Source: Candidatus Pacebacteria bacterium RIFOXYA1_FULL_38_18 (GTDB lineage: Bacteria; Patescibacteriota; Microgenomatia; UBA1400; PJMF01). From it: a stretch of DNA of 64,000 nucleotides. Shown here in pieces: positions 46,659-56,557 of the stretch (positions are counted from its first letter, which is position 1; each line of letters opens with the position of its first letter). Location: assembly GCA_001787405.1 (NCBI GenBank), contig MFWV01000009.1, forward strand, positions 26,278-90,277, read 5' to 3'. Under the pieces are notes generated by a model, which searched no databases, was not told the origin of the DNA, and saw only the letters and a program-made list of their open reading frames with translations. The position numbers were made by a program, and so were the translations under genes.

Positions 46659-47402
46659 ATGGATAATAAAAATCGCATCAATCTCATCGGAGCCGTAATA
46701 GTTCTTGTTATTGGCTTTTTCCTAGGCTCATTTTGGGCTGAAAATAAATTTTTAAGAAATAATCAAGCTACTCCGACTGGAAATACCCCTAGTGTGGCTA
46801 CTCCCACTCCTCCTGTTTTTGATTTAGCCAAAGTCCCAGCCATCACCGAAGATGATCATCTGCTGGGCAATCCCGATGCTGATATTATTTTGATAGAGTA
46901 TTCTGATTTTGAATGTCCTTGGTGTAGTCGCTTTCATCCCACAATGAAAGAAATCTCAGAGGAATATGGCGATCGAGTAGCCTGGGTATATAGACAAAAT
47001 CCAGTGCCTTCTCTTGGTCATCTCCAAGCTCAACTTAGTGCGGAAGCCTCAGAGTGTGCTGCCAAAATTGCCGGCAATGAAGCTTTCTGGGCTCTTTCAG
47101 ACAAAATGTTTGAAAATGCTTCTTTATTGGTTGAAAAAAATCAAAGTGCTGGCCCTGCTTTGACTGAAGAAAAACTACTTGGATACTCCGCAAGTGTGGG
47201 AATTAACATTCAAGCCATGCAAAAATGTTTGGACAACAAGGAAACCAAAGACTTGGTTGCCGAAGATTTGGCTGGTGCCAAAACCGCTGGTATTACTGGT
47301 ACTCCCTCAACAGTACTCATCACCAAAGAGGGTGACGGTGAATTGATTAGAGGTGCTGTTCAGTTTGAACAATTGCAAGCTGTTATTGAAAAATATTTAT
47401 AA
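46659..47402 (+). CDS. DsbA-like thiol:disulfide oxidoreductase (thioredoxin fold), membrane-anchored
   Basis: N-terminal TM then EYSDFECPWCSRFHP (CPWC active site). Confidence 0.75.
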   Translation: MDNKNRINLIGAVIVLVIGFFLGSFWAENKFLRNNQATPTGNTPSVATPTPPVFDLAKVPAITEDDHLLGNPDADIILIEYSDFECPWCSRFHPTMKEISEEYGDRVAWVYRQNPVPSLGHLQAQLSAEASECAAKIAGNEAFWALSDKMFENASLLVEKNQSAGPALTEEKLLGYSASVGINIQAMQKCLDNKETKDLVAEDLAGAKTAGITGTPSTVLITKEGDGELIRGAVQFEQLQAVIEKYL

Positions 47403-47422
47403 ACAAAATCAAAAACTAAATA

Positions 47423-47451
47423 AAAAAGCGTCCTTTTGGGCGCTTTTTTTA
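47423..47451. terminator. Bidirectional rho-independent terminator between the convergent dsbA-like and recJ genes
   Basis: AAAAAAGCGTCC-TTTT-GGGCGC-TTTTTTT: a GC stem flanked by an A-run and a T-run. Confidence 0.6.
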
Positions 47452-47474
47452 TTTTTTGTTTTTATTCTTTGGTT

Positions 47475-49106
47475 TTATTCTTTGGGCTGCAAATCTTTAA
47501 TAATTAGTTGTAGAGTAATTCGCTCACGCCATTGATTGGCTTCTAGCACTCCAGCCACATTGATCAATTGCCCAGGATTGAGATTAATCGCCAGCTCACC
47601 CTTACCCCAAGCTAGAGCTGTTAGCTCTGATCCTCCCTCAGTAGCTTGAATCGTAAGTTTTAAGTGTTGACTTTCATTACCCACTGTTTGAACTTGAGCA
47701 ATTTTGACATCTTGTAGGGCAAAAACTGGTTCTGGATTTGCTTGGCCAAAAGGAGCGAATTTCTGGATCATTTTGACCAATTTTTCATCAATCATTGTAA
47801 AAGGCAATAAGCACTCAATCTCCATGGTTTTCTGCAATAACAATGGATCAATACTCTCTCTAGCCTGCTCATAAAGATGGGCCATCAATTCTTTTAATTT
47901 ATTTTTTTCAAAACCAAAACCGGCAGCCATAGGATGACCGCCCACTTCCAACAAATATTGACGAGCGGTTCTGATTAACTCAGTAATATTCACTCCCGGT
48001 ACAGATCTGGCTGAAGCCTTGGCTACTTCCCCACGGGTACTAATCACAATGACTGGTTTGGCGTACCAATTGGCCAATTTACCAGCAATCAAACCAATTA
48101 CTCCTTCATGAAAATCAGCAGAGTGAGCGATTAACAAACTCTCTTTTTTTTGACCGATCACTTGTTGTTTGGCTATTTGCATTAAATCTGTCGTCAACTG
48201 TTGCCGATCAAGATTGGTATCATCCACTATGGTCGCTAGGGCCATAGCTCTAGTTTCGCTAGTGGTACACAATAAGCGCAGGGCGTCCAAGCCATGAGAA
48301 AGTCTGCCCATAGCATTAATGCGGGGCGCCAAAGTATAGCCAATCATACCGGCATCTATTTTTTTGTTTTGCAAGTTTGCTACTTTGATCAAGGCTTTCA
48401 AGCCCAATCGAGTAAGTTTATTGATGGCTTGTAAACCATGAAAAACCAAACTGCGATTGATCCCTTGTAATGGCATCATGTCAGAAACAGTAGCCAAACC
48501 CACTAAGTCTAAAGATTTTTGAACTGCTAACTCATTTAATTCTCTAGCCAAAAACCAAGCCACCGCTGCTCCAGAAACTGCCGTACTGTGCACGATTGCC
48601 AAAGCCTCAGGCAAGGTAGCTTCTGGTTGATGATGATCGGTAATGATTACTTCTACACCTTTGGCAACCAAATCTTGCACTGCTTCTATGGCCACTATGC
48701 CAGTATCCACCGTCACGATCAGCGAAGGCAGGGTGCGTTTTTCCAACTCCTGAATAGCTGCCCAAGTCAAGCCATAACCATGTTTTTCTCGATGAGGAAT
48801 GAGCGGTAAAACTTGAGCTCCCAGGTCATATAAAGCCTCCCACATAATGGCTGTGGCACAAATTCCATCTGCGTCATAGTCGCCAAATACCAAAATTTGT
48901 TCTTTTTTCTCTATTGCCTGCAAGATACGCTTTTGCGCTTTGCGAACCTGTTTTGGATCGATTCCCACCTCTTTCAAAGAAATTTGGCTGGGTTTGACTG
49001 GTTCAAAAAACGCTTCCGGATCAGTAATTTGACGATTATCTAGCATCAATTGCTCTAGATCTTCAAGAGTTTTGGGGACATTCTTGCTTAAAAATTGCCA
49101 TTGCAT
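47475..49106 (-). CDS. recJ: Single-stranded-DNA-specific exonuclease RecJ (DHH family)
   Basis: ILVFGDYDADGICATAIM (DHH motif I/II), ITDHHQPE (DHH) and a C-terminal OB-fold region. Confidence 0.85.
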   Translation of the reverse strand: MQWQFLSKNVPKTLEDLEQLMLDNRQITDPEAFFEPVKPSQISLKEVGIDPKQVRKAQKRILQAIEKKEQILVFGDYDADGICATAIMWEALYDLGAQVLPLIPHREKHGYGLTWAAIQELEKRTLPSLIVTVDTGIVAIEAVQDLVAKGVEVIITDHHQPEATLPEALAIVHSTAVSGAAVAWFLARELNELAVQKSLDLVGLATVSDMMPLQGINRSLVFHGLQAINKLTRLGLKALIKVANLQNKKIDAGMIGYTLAPRINAMGRLSHGLDALRLLCTTSETRAMALATIVDDTNLDRQQLTTDLMQIAKQQVIGQKKESLLIAHSADFHEGVIGLIAGKLANWYAKPVIVISTRGEVAKASARSVPGVNITELIRTARQYLLEVGGHPMAAGFGFEKNKLKELMAHLYEQARESIDPLLLQKTMEIECLLPFTMIDEKLVKMIQKFAPFGQANPEPVFALQDVKIAQVQTVGNESQHLKLTIQATEGGSELTALAWGKGELAINLNPGQLINVAGVLEANQWRERITLQLIIKDLQPKE

Positions 49107-49182
49107 GAATCATAGCCTATCACAAAATCATCATTCCTACCGCCTCTGCCGACCACACTCAAGATACTCTATAATGGTTTTT

Positions 49183-50778
49183 ATGAAACTAAGATTGCCA
49201 TTTGAAGTGCTTTTTATTTTACACAAACTTCAACAAGGGGGATTCACGGCTTTTTTGGTAGGTGGATCGGTCAGAGACTTGATTATGCAAACCGTGACTA
49301 ATGATCAAACAACCCAAGCTCTTGTCACTGACTACGACTTCACTACCAATGCCAAACCAGAGGAAGTTCAGGCCATCTTTCCTGATAGTTTCTATGAAAA
49401 TGAGTTTGGTACGGTGGGAGTAACTCATGAAAATCTCTGGGAAATGTTACAAAAGCAATATTTTCAGTTGCCAGCCCAAACCATTGCCACTCTCTATCAA
49501 GCTTCTATCAAAAAACAACAACGACCTAGTTTGATCGATCTTTCACAAGCTTCCAAAATCCATGAATCATTACTGGTTCCAGATCAGGCTACTCAAAAAA
49601 ACTCAACTCAACCCAAACCATTTGAAATCACGACTTATCGAGCAGACGGCACTTATGACGATCATCGTCGGCCAACTAGTGTAATTTGGGGCAAGAGTAT
49701 TGAAGATGATCTCAAAAGACGCGACTTTACCATCAATGCCATGGCTCTCAACATCAAACAAACCGTTTTGGATGATTTTTTTAGTCAACAAGTTTTTCCT
49801 TCCCATCTGGAACTTGAGCAAAATCAATATAATTTAGTTGATCCTTTTGACGGATTACAAGATTTGGCCCGCAAAGAAATTATTGCTGTGGGAGAAGTTG
49901 ATCTGCGCTTTAAAGAAGATGCGCTGAGAATGTTGCGTGCTATTCGATTTTCCACGCAACTAGCCATGACTATTAATCCTCTCACTCTGGATGCCATCAA
50001 AGAATATGCTCCTTCGATTAAATATATTAGTTGGGAAAGAATTCAGGACGAGTTCTTCAAGATTCTCAGTAGTCCCCTGCCCAAGCAAGGAATAGAACTG
50101 ATGGACCAAGTTGGTCTATTGGAGTTTATTATGCCTGAATTGCTTGAAGGAAAAGAAGTGGAACAAGGAGGTCATCATAATACTGACGTCTGGACTCATT
50201 CCTTGGATTCGGTCGATCATTGTCCCTCACTCGATCCCGTAGTGCGTTTGGCCACTTTACTGCATGATATCGGCAAACCCAGAACTCAAAAAGTAATTGA
50301 AGGTAAAATTACTTTTTATAATCATGAAATCGTCGGTTCGCGCCTGGCTGCCAAGATAGCTCAGCGCCTTCGTTTGTCCAAAAAAGATTCCGAGCGCTTA
50401 TTTATCCTGGTGCGCTATCACATGTTCCACTATCAACCACAAAATACAGACGCTTCTATCAGGCGTTTTATGCGCAAAGTGGGTCTGGAAAACATTGATG
50501 ACATCTTGGATTTGCGCGAAGCTGACCGGCTGGGCAGCGGAGCGCGCAAAACCAGCTGGCGTTTGGAAGAGATGAAAGAGCGCATTGTAGAACAACTCAA
50601 TCAACCCATGGATGTCAAAGATCTAGCTATTGATGGCCATGATTTGATTGAAAAACTAAACTTGAAACCAGGTAAAAAAATCGGGGAAATTCTAGATCAA
50701 TTATTTGAAGAAGTTCTGGAAAACCCTCAACTCAATACTCCAGAAACTTTGCTGGAAAAAGCCAAACAGCTCGTTTAA
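49183..50778 (+). CDS. cca: CCA-adding tRNA nucleotidyltransferase with HD domain
   Basis: GFTAFLVGGSVRDLIM...DFTINAMAL (pol-beta NTase head) and HNTDVWTHSLDSVDH...LHDIGKP (HD domain). The start is chosen at MKLRLPF; the ORF track start is 49072. TATAAT sits at 49169-49174, so the transcript may be leaderless. Confidence 0.8.
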   Translation: MKLRLPFEVLFILHKLQQGGFTAFLVGGSVRDLIMQTVTNDQTTQALVTDYDFTTNAKPEEVQAIFPDSFYENEFGTVGVTHENLWEMLQKQYFQLPAQTIATLYQASIKKQQRPSLIDLSQASKIHESLLVPDQATQKNSTQPKPFEITTYRADGTYDDHRRPTSVIWGKSIEDDLKRRDFTINAMALNIKQTVLDDFFSQQVFPSHLELEQNQYNLVDPFDGLQDLARKEIIAVGEVDLRFKEDALRMLRAIRFSTQLAMTINPLTLDAIKEYAPSIKYISWERIQDEFFKILSSPLPKQGIELMDQVGLLEFIMPELLEGKEVEQGGHHNTDVWTHSLDSVDHCPSLDPVVRLATLLHDIGKPRTQKVIEGKITFYNHEIVGSRLAAKIAQRLRLSKKDSERLFILVRYHMFHYQPQNTDASIRRFMRKVGLENIDDILDLREADRLGSGARKTSWRLEEMKERIVEQLNQPMDVKDLAIDGHDLIEKLNLKPGKKIGEILDQLFEEVLENPQLNTPETLLEKAKQLV

Positions 50779-50841
50779 GCTTATCTATCCAGCAATTTGT
50801 TTGGTATTTGTTCAGCAAATGAATCAAGGCTTATTTTTAAA

Positions 50842-51537
50842 TTACTTGAGTTGCCAGGTTCCGATTTTTCTCGATTTGCTCATACTAGCATTGCCGGTTA
50901 CCAAACTAACAGAATCTATCTCATAACTAAATGGGGTCATTGTTTGGGAAATTTCCTCAACTTGAGCGTGAAATTCTTGACTAACTGGCTGATTAAAACG
51001 ACATAGTGTTACGTTGCTAAAAAAATATTTATCATTTATATAAACCTTGTTATCTGGAATGCCTGCCTCAATCAAAGCCCGATCAAGATCAAAAATAATT
51101 TTATCTAGTTCTTCATCTGTCGTACCAACCAAGGCTAAATTATTGGGAAAAAGTAATAATCGATAATAATATGCCTGAAAAGCATGGTGTTGTGAAACAA
51201 CCCGAGAAAAAATAGTTTTTGCTTGCTCAATCACTTGCTCGTCAAAATTGGGTGGATTGGCCACTGTGCGCAAGTTTTTAATCGTCATATGCAATGAAGT
51301 ATCTGGATAATAATAAATTGAATGATCAAGTTTTTTTAAATTATCAATCAATTGATGAACTTTTTGGAAAAAAGATTGATCAGGAAAATGAACGCTGGTT
51401 AAACAAATTCTAGGATCATTGGCATAATCCTCTGTAGGTTTTACCGTACTAAAATTAAGAGCTTGATTTTTGATCGCTTTTTCAATTTGTTCAATCACTT
51501 CTCGTTGTTTTTGTTGAAAAGTGACTCTCTTTGTCAT
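50842..51537 (-). CDS. Hypothetical protein (possible degenerate 2H-phosphoesterase/LigT-like)
   Basis: One H-x-T-x motif (SLHMTIKNL) and a second degenerate one (SNVTLCRF). Weak evidence. Confidence 0.4.
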   Translation of the reverse strand: MTKRVTFQQKQREVIEQIEKAIKNQALNFSTVKPTEDYANDPRICLTSVHFPDQSFFQKVHQLIDNLKKLDHSIYYYPDTSLHMTIKNLRTVANPPNFDEQVIEQAKTIFSRVVSQHHAFQAYYYRLLLFPNNLALVGTTDEELDKIIFDLDRALIEAGIPDNKVYINDKYFFSNVTLCRFNQPVSQEFHAQVEEISQTMTPFSYEIDSVSLVTGNASMSKSRKIGTWQLK

Positions 51538-51561
51538 ATTAATAATATGAAAGTGTGAAAT

Positions 51562-52164
51562 TTATAGGCTTTGTTGCTGTTCACGATGAGTAAATTCTGC
51601 CTCATCACCAATGATCATGATTCTAGTGCGGTAAAGAATCTCCATCACAAACGGATCACGACGGGCTTTGCGAAACTCAAATTCTTCTTTGTCAAAAACA
51701 GCATAATTGACTTCTCTGCCCAGTCTCTTTTCTTCTTCCTTCATTAAAGCCTGTAATTCGGGTAAAACCACGTCACCAATAATCAAGACTTCAACTTCAT
51801 CTTTGGTAGGAACAAGACCCTTAATGAATTTTCCAGAGAACATGACAAACTTCAGATCCCCCAGCTTGCGTCGTAAACGACGAATTTTTTGACCCAAACC
51901 AGTGGCTTTGATCACGATTTGCTGTAATTCCTGATAATAAAGGTAACGAGGATTCAGAGAATAATAAAGACGATTGCCTCTCTGTTCACTTTTGAGCAAA
52001 CCAGTGCCCAGTAAACGGTCTAGCTCTCGACGAACTGCATTAATTTCTTCTTTGATTTCTCTAGTTATTTGGCGAACATAATACATTTCCTCTGGATTGT
52101 TATAAAACAACTCCAGCATCTTCACTCGTACTCTAGAAACAATTAAATCGCGTAAGTCTGCCAT
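51562..52164 (-). CDS. Winged-helix DNA-binding protein (ArsR/MarR-like N-terminus) with uncharacterized C-terminal domain
   Basis: N-terminal RVRVKMLELFYNNPEEMYYVRQITREIKEEINAVRRELDRLLGTGLLKSEQRGNRLYYSL has an HTH plus wing pattern. Confidence 0.5.
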   Translation of the reverse strand: MADLRDLIVSRVRVKMLELFYNNPEEMYYVRQITREIKEEINAVRRELDRLLGTGLLKSEQRGNRLYYSLNPRYLYYQELQQIVIKATGLGQKIRRLRRKLGDLKFVMFSGKFIKGLVPTKDEVEVLIIGDVVLPELQALMKEEEKRLGREVNYAVFDKEEFEFRKARRDPFVMEILYRTRIMIIGDEAEFTHREQQQSL

Positions 52165-52253
52165 AAGAATATGAACTATTTATGTACTCAAATTATACCA
52201 CAGTTAATATCTTGATTTGACTATTTGACTGAGTTTTAAAACTACAACTGAAC

Positions 52254-53435
52254 CTAATATGTTACGTCCGTACCGATACCTACTACAGAAATCCAGGTTA
52301 GTCCTCTGGCCATAGGAATATCTTGGCCACGACTGTCTACAAAACGTAGTTCATCAGTACGAGTTTTTTTAGTCCAAGTAGCCTCTATTGCTTCTCCATG
52401 TTTGAAAATGAGAGCATCTCCAGTGCCAGTGGTGCCATAGAGCATGTGTTTCTTTTCATTAATCGGTCCTTTTTCCGTAGCAAATAGAACCACTACGTTT
52501 TTGGCAGTAATTTGCTCATCATTATTATGATCTTTATTGGCCTGACCACCCATTGTTTGCAAAAAGCCATCTTTGGTTTCGTCATAATTCCACTCCTGCG
52601 AATAATCACTGTAACCATCCCAAAACCCATAGGCTACTTTTTTGACGTTGCCAGCAGCGGGAGCTAGGTCCTCGAATGTCCAAGGCTGAAAATCAGCCAA
52701 CCAATCAGTTCCAGGAACAACTCGACGATTAACTATCCTATCAGGAGACATATTGGTCCACTCACGCTCTGTCGCCACTGCCCAGAGTTTTTCAGTAGTA
52801 GTAACCATGGTATGTTCAGTGGCCAATTCTTTACCAGGCAATCGATTGTAATCTCTAACAAAAGTGGGGTAACCTACCGAAAATTGATTGATGTCGTTTT
52901 CCAAACCCCAACCATAACTAGAGATTTGACCTAAAGCATCGGTAGGACCTGGTACGTTAGCTCCCCCTACATGAACATACATTGGGAAATTATAACCAGA
53001 TGCCCAATCTACAAAGTAAGTTCTAGCAGAACGAATTGGTGCCAATTCCACATCTTGAATTTGAGCTGCACAATAATAAACTGCGCCAAAACGAGTCACT
53101 CCTCCTTCGGCAATGGCTTCAAAAATCACATCTGCTCTACTTAGTCCAGAATGCGGTCTGGCTTCAGGATGATTTTCGATCATTACAAATAAAGGTCGGC
53201 GTTTTTCCCAAGCGTTTTTCTCTGTTTGAGTATAAAGCTGACCATTGATGGGACAAGTTTGATCTCTGGGTTCGTTGGGGTCTATTTTGAGCAAAGCTTC
53301 CAACAAAGTTTCCCCTTTCGAGCCATTGCTTGGCAAAACCACTTTGCTCTTTTCCATATAGGAAAAAGCACTAAAAGAAAGAATGGTAGAAAGACCATAT
53401 AAAACTAAAGCTACTAAAAGATGTTTTTTCTGCAT
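52254..53435 (-). CDS. Secreted/lipoprotein-like protein, DUF3048 (YerB)-like
   Basis: Signal peptide MQKKHLLVALVLYGLSTILSFSAFS, then RPLFVMIENHPEARPHSGLSRADVIFEAIAEGGVTRF. The start is trimmed to MQKK; the ORF track start is 53453. Confidence 0.5.
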   Translation of the reverse strand: MQKKHLLVALVLYGLSTILSFSAFSYMEKSKVVLPSNGSKGETLLEALLKIDPNEPRDQTCPINGQLYTQTEKNAWEKRRPLFVMIENHPEARPHSGLSRADVIFEAIAEGGVTRFGAVYYCAAQIQDVELAPIRSARTYFVDWASGYNFPMYVHVGGANVPGPTDALGQISSYGWGLENDINQFSVGYPTFVRDYNRLPGKELATEHTMVTTTEKLWAVATEREWTNMSPDRIVNRRVVPGTDWLADFQPWTFEDLAPAAGNVKKVAYGFWDGYSDYSQEWNYDETKDGFLQTMGGQANKDHNNDEQITAKNVVVLFATEKGPINEKKHMLYGTTGTGDALIFKHGEAIEATWTKKTRTDELRFVDSRGQDIPMARGLTWISVVGIGTDVTY

Positions 53436-53526
53436 GTTGATCAATCCTTTCATTTATCAAACAGTTTAGTATAAACAAAATTTAAAAATATGACACCTAG
53501 TATAATTTTCTTTCTAAATTTTGAAT

Positions 53527-54651
53527 CTAGCTCTGGAAAATTTGAGCAATATCTCTAAATGATACCAAAATAATCAAACCAACCAAGAGTAAAAATCCAG
53601 CATAATGAGCAGCCCCCTCAATTTGCTGAATGCGTTTTTTACCCACTATTTTTTCCAACAAAATAAATAAAATTCTTCCGCCGTCCAAAGCAGGAATGGG
53701 GAGAAGATTCATGATTCCCAAGTTTATCGATAAAATTCCTGAAAATTCCAGCAAAGGAGCCCAGCCACTGGTCAAGATTTTACTGCTACTAGCCTGATGC
53801 ACAATGCCAACAGGTCCGGTCAAACCAGTAGGAACCGTTCCCGCAGTCAAGAGATCACGAAATAAATCTACCACGGCTCCAACAATCAATATCCCTAAAG
53901 CAACCGATTGCCGAATTCCATACCAAACGCCATTGATTAATTGACTATGCCAAGATCCTTTTTCCAAAAAGAAATCTGCAAACACTACTCCAATTGCACC
54001 CTCACCCGCTGGAGATTCAGCCTCAGAGCGTAAATAGATTGGGTTTTCTATTTGCGTGTCTGAACAAACCAAGCCTTCACAAGAGTCAGTAAAAATAATC
54101 TGCACTTCTTGACCTTGATTTTGCTGAACAAACTCTATCACTGCTTTGGTAGTTTCTGTTAGCACTAAATCGCCAAATAATTTAAAGCCAATAATCTCAC
54201 TTTGAGCTTGTAAACCAGCCTTTTCCGCTGGTGAATTGACTGCCACTGTTTCTATTCTGGGTCTGCCATTTAAAAAATGGGGAACACCCATTATTCCAAA
54301 AACAATACAGAAAGCCAAAACAGCATAAAGAATATTTGCCAAAGGCCCTGCAAAAATTATGGCAGTTCTTGCCCAGGCTGATTTAGCATAAAATGCTTTG
54401 GGATTGGCTGTTTGAGCGTCATTTTCACTGGGATTAACATCTTCTCCCTCCAACTTTACAAAACCGCCAAAAGGAATGGCATTCAGAGTGAAATGCGCAC
54501 CTTGCCAGATAAATAGTTTTTTTAAACGCGGAGGATAGCCAAAACCAAATTCCTGAACCTTAACTCCTTGTTTGCGAGCCACCAAAAAATGACCCAACTC
54601 ATGAATTACCACTAATAACGACAAAATTAAAATAAAGATTAAAACTGTCAT
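53527..54651 (-). CDS. rseP: RseP-type site-2 zinc metalloprotease (M50) with PDZ domain
   Basis: VIHELGHFLVARKQGV (HExxH) and a C-terminal LDGGR (motif LDGG). Confidence 0.85.
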   Translation of the reverse strand: MTVLIFILILSLLVVIHELGHFLVARKQGVKVQEFGFGYPPRLKKLFIWQGAHFTLNAIPFGGFVKLEGEDVNPSENDAQTANPKAFYAKSAWARTAIIFAGPLANILYAVLAFCIVFGIMGVPHFLNGRPRIETVAVNSPAEKAGLQAQSEIIGFKLFGDLVLTETTKAVIEFVQQNQGQEVQIIFTDSCEGLVCSDTQIENPIYLRSEAESPAGEGAIGVVFADFFLEKGSWHSQLINGVWYGIRQSVALGILIVGAVVDLFRDLLTAGTVPTGLTGPVGIVHQASSSKILTSGWAPLLEFSGILSINLGIMNLLPIPALDGGRILFILLEKIVGKKRIQQIEGAAHYAGFLLLVGLIILVSFRDIAQIFQS

Positions 54652-54659
54652 GAATTTTT

Positions 54660-55217
54660 TTAAAATGAAGTAAGTTCTTTTTCCTTTTCTTTAGTCAACT
54701 CATCTATTTTGGTTGAATATTCCTTAACTACTTCCTCCAATTCCGATAAAGACAACTTGATGTCATCTTCACTAATACCAGCACCACCTTCTTGATCTTC
54801 AATTTCTTGTTTGATTTCAGCGCGCACAGATCGCAACATCACTCGACTGTTTTCAGCTTTTTGATGTAAAATCTTGACCATTTCTTGACGACGTTCCTGA
54901 GTTAAAGAAGGTACTGGCACTTTGATTGAGTCACTATCCACCACTGGACTGAGATTAAGATTGGCTGCTTGAATACCTTTTTCTATCTCAGCAATTAAAC
55001 CTTTATCCCAAGGAGAAACCACTAATAGACTAGAATCAGGCACCGAAATAGAGGCTAGTTCATTTAAATGTAAACGAGAGCCATAAGCTTCTACCATCAC
55101 CTCATCCAACATTTGAATAGAGGCTCTGCCAGTACGCAAGTTTGCCACTTCTTGTTGGACATGTTTTAAAACTTTTTCAAATTGTGCTAAATAGTCACTT
55201 TTATTTATCATAATCAA
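54660..55217 (-). CDS. frr: Ribosome recycling factor
   Basis: ANLRTGRASIQMLDEVMVEAYGS...QERRQEMVKILHQKAE. Confidence 0.9.
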   Translation of the reverse strand: MIMINKSDYLAQFEKVLKHVQQEVANLRTGRASIQMLDEVMVEAYGSRLHLNELASISVPDSSLLVVSPWDKGLIAEIEKGIQAANLNLSPVVDSDSIKVPVPSLTQERRQEMVKILHQKAENSRVMLRSVRAEIKQEIEDQEGGAGISEDDIKLSLSELEEVVKEYSTKIDELTKEKEKELTSF

Positions 55218-55267
55218 TCATTTTACCAGAGTTTGTTCTAGATCAACAGATACGGTACACTATTGTT

Positions 55268-56167
55268 ATGAAAAATTATTTTCAGAATTATTTTAAAAAT
55301 CTTTTTACCAGTTTTTTTGATCTACAAGTCTATCACCGCTTTATCCAAGGAAAAACTAGTCAAGCAGTTTGGCATTTCACAATTAGTATGCTATTGATTG
55401 GTATAGTTGTCGGCTGGCAAATCTATACTCACGCCATTCCAGCCGTCAGAGAAGCCATTGATAATAATTTGGATTATTTGGCAACCAATTATCCACAAGA
55501 CTTAAATATTCGTTGGGATGGAGCTCAATTGACTACAGAACCAGAACAATATCACTTTTTAGCCATTCATCCAGAAAAATTACCACTTTTTAACTCTCTC
55601 AAAGAAGATTTTTCAGGACCATTGTTAATCTACACCAATACCAATCTAACCATGGCTGAGGCCGATAAACTTTTAACTCAACACAATAGTATTATGGTTA
55701 TAGATCAAAACTCGATTTTTGCCATTACAGATGAACAAGAAGGCTTAAGGAGTCTTGTCTTATCTGAATATTTTGATGACAAACAAATAGAAATCAATCA
55801 AACCAATCTTGCTCAATATGAACAAATAGTAAAAGATAATTTAAATAGCTGGTTGGATCTTTTTTCAAAAATTGTTTTTCCATTTTTTGTGTTTGGCTTG
55901 CTTTTAATCAGATTGGTCACTTCTTTAATCATGGCTACTATTTTATGGATTCCGGCCAGATTGGGAAAAATCATCAATACTTGGCAACAAAGCTGGCGTT
56001 TTACTTTGGTTTTGTCGGTGGTAGTAGAAATCATCTACTGGATTTCGTCACTACTTTACCCCGATTTAAGTTTTCCAGTTTATGGAATAGCTTTCTGGGT
56101 CTTGAGTTTATTTATCTTGCTTTCACTCAAAACTCAAACAAAAATCAGCTCAAAATCAAAAACCTGA
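55268..56167 (+). CDS. Polytopic membrane protein, DUF1189-like
   Basis: N-terminal YFQNYFKNLF...YHRFIQGKTSQAVWHFTISMLLIGIV resembles the DUF1189 N-terminal pattern. Two TM clusters. Confidence 0.5.
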   Translation: MKNYFQNYFKNLFTSFFDLQVYHRFIQGKTSQAVWHFTISMLLIGIVVGWQIYTHAIPAVREAIDNNLDYLATNYPQDLNIRWDGAQLTTEPEQYHFLAIHPEKLPLFNSLKEDFSGPLLIYTNTNLTMAEADKLLTQHNSIMVIDQNSIFAITDEQEGLRSLVLSEYFDDKQIEINQTNLAQYEQIVKDNLNSWLDLFSKIVFPFFVFGLLLIRLVTSLIMATILWIPARLGKIINTWQQSWRFTLVLSVVVEIIYWISSLLYPDLSFPVYGIAFWVLSLFILLSLKTQTKISSKSKT

Positions 56168-56179
56168 GTAATTTTTTAT

Positions 56180-56557
56180 TTACCGAGCGTCATCAATTCT
56201 CAATTTTAAATCAAGCGGAGGAAAAGGTAGATCCTGAGTGGTGGGATTGGCTTGCTCTAAGTTTTGTTTGGCAATTTCTAGGCGTTGTTCCAAAGGACTC
56301 AAAACCGATGGGATACCATTTGATGAAGTTTCTTCTTCTTCTGGATCGTCCATTGTTGGTGACAACCTCAAAACAATGATTAGCGCAATGATTAATAATG
56401 TTGCCACTCCTCCCACAAGTAACCACTTCCATTTGGAAAAACGAGAAGGTTTTATTTCCTCTTTTTGTTCTGGAGGAGGTTGAACAACCACCGGCTTTTC
56501 TAGTAAGGGTTCTTCAACTATAAACTGGGTCTGATTTTGATTATATGTGTCTGTCAT
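56180..56557 (-). CDS. Small single-TM membrane protein (hypothetical)
   Basis: 125 aa with a central TM, KWKWLLVGGVATLLIIALIIVL. 4-nt overlap with the upstream gene. Confidence 0.45.
   Translation of the reverse strand: MTDTYNQNQTQFIVEEPLLEKPVVVQPPPEQKEEIKPSRFSKWKWLLVGGVATLLIIALIIVLRLSPTMDDPEEEETSSNGIPSVLSPLEQRLEIAKQNLEQANPTTQDLPFPPLDLKLRIDDAR

Noticed and set aside
47353-47535. 60-aa ORF spanning the dsbA/recJ intergenic region
   Set aside because: It overlaps the bidirectional terminator hairpin and the 3' ends of two convergent genes, and shows no coding signal.
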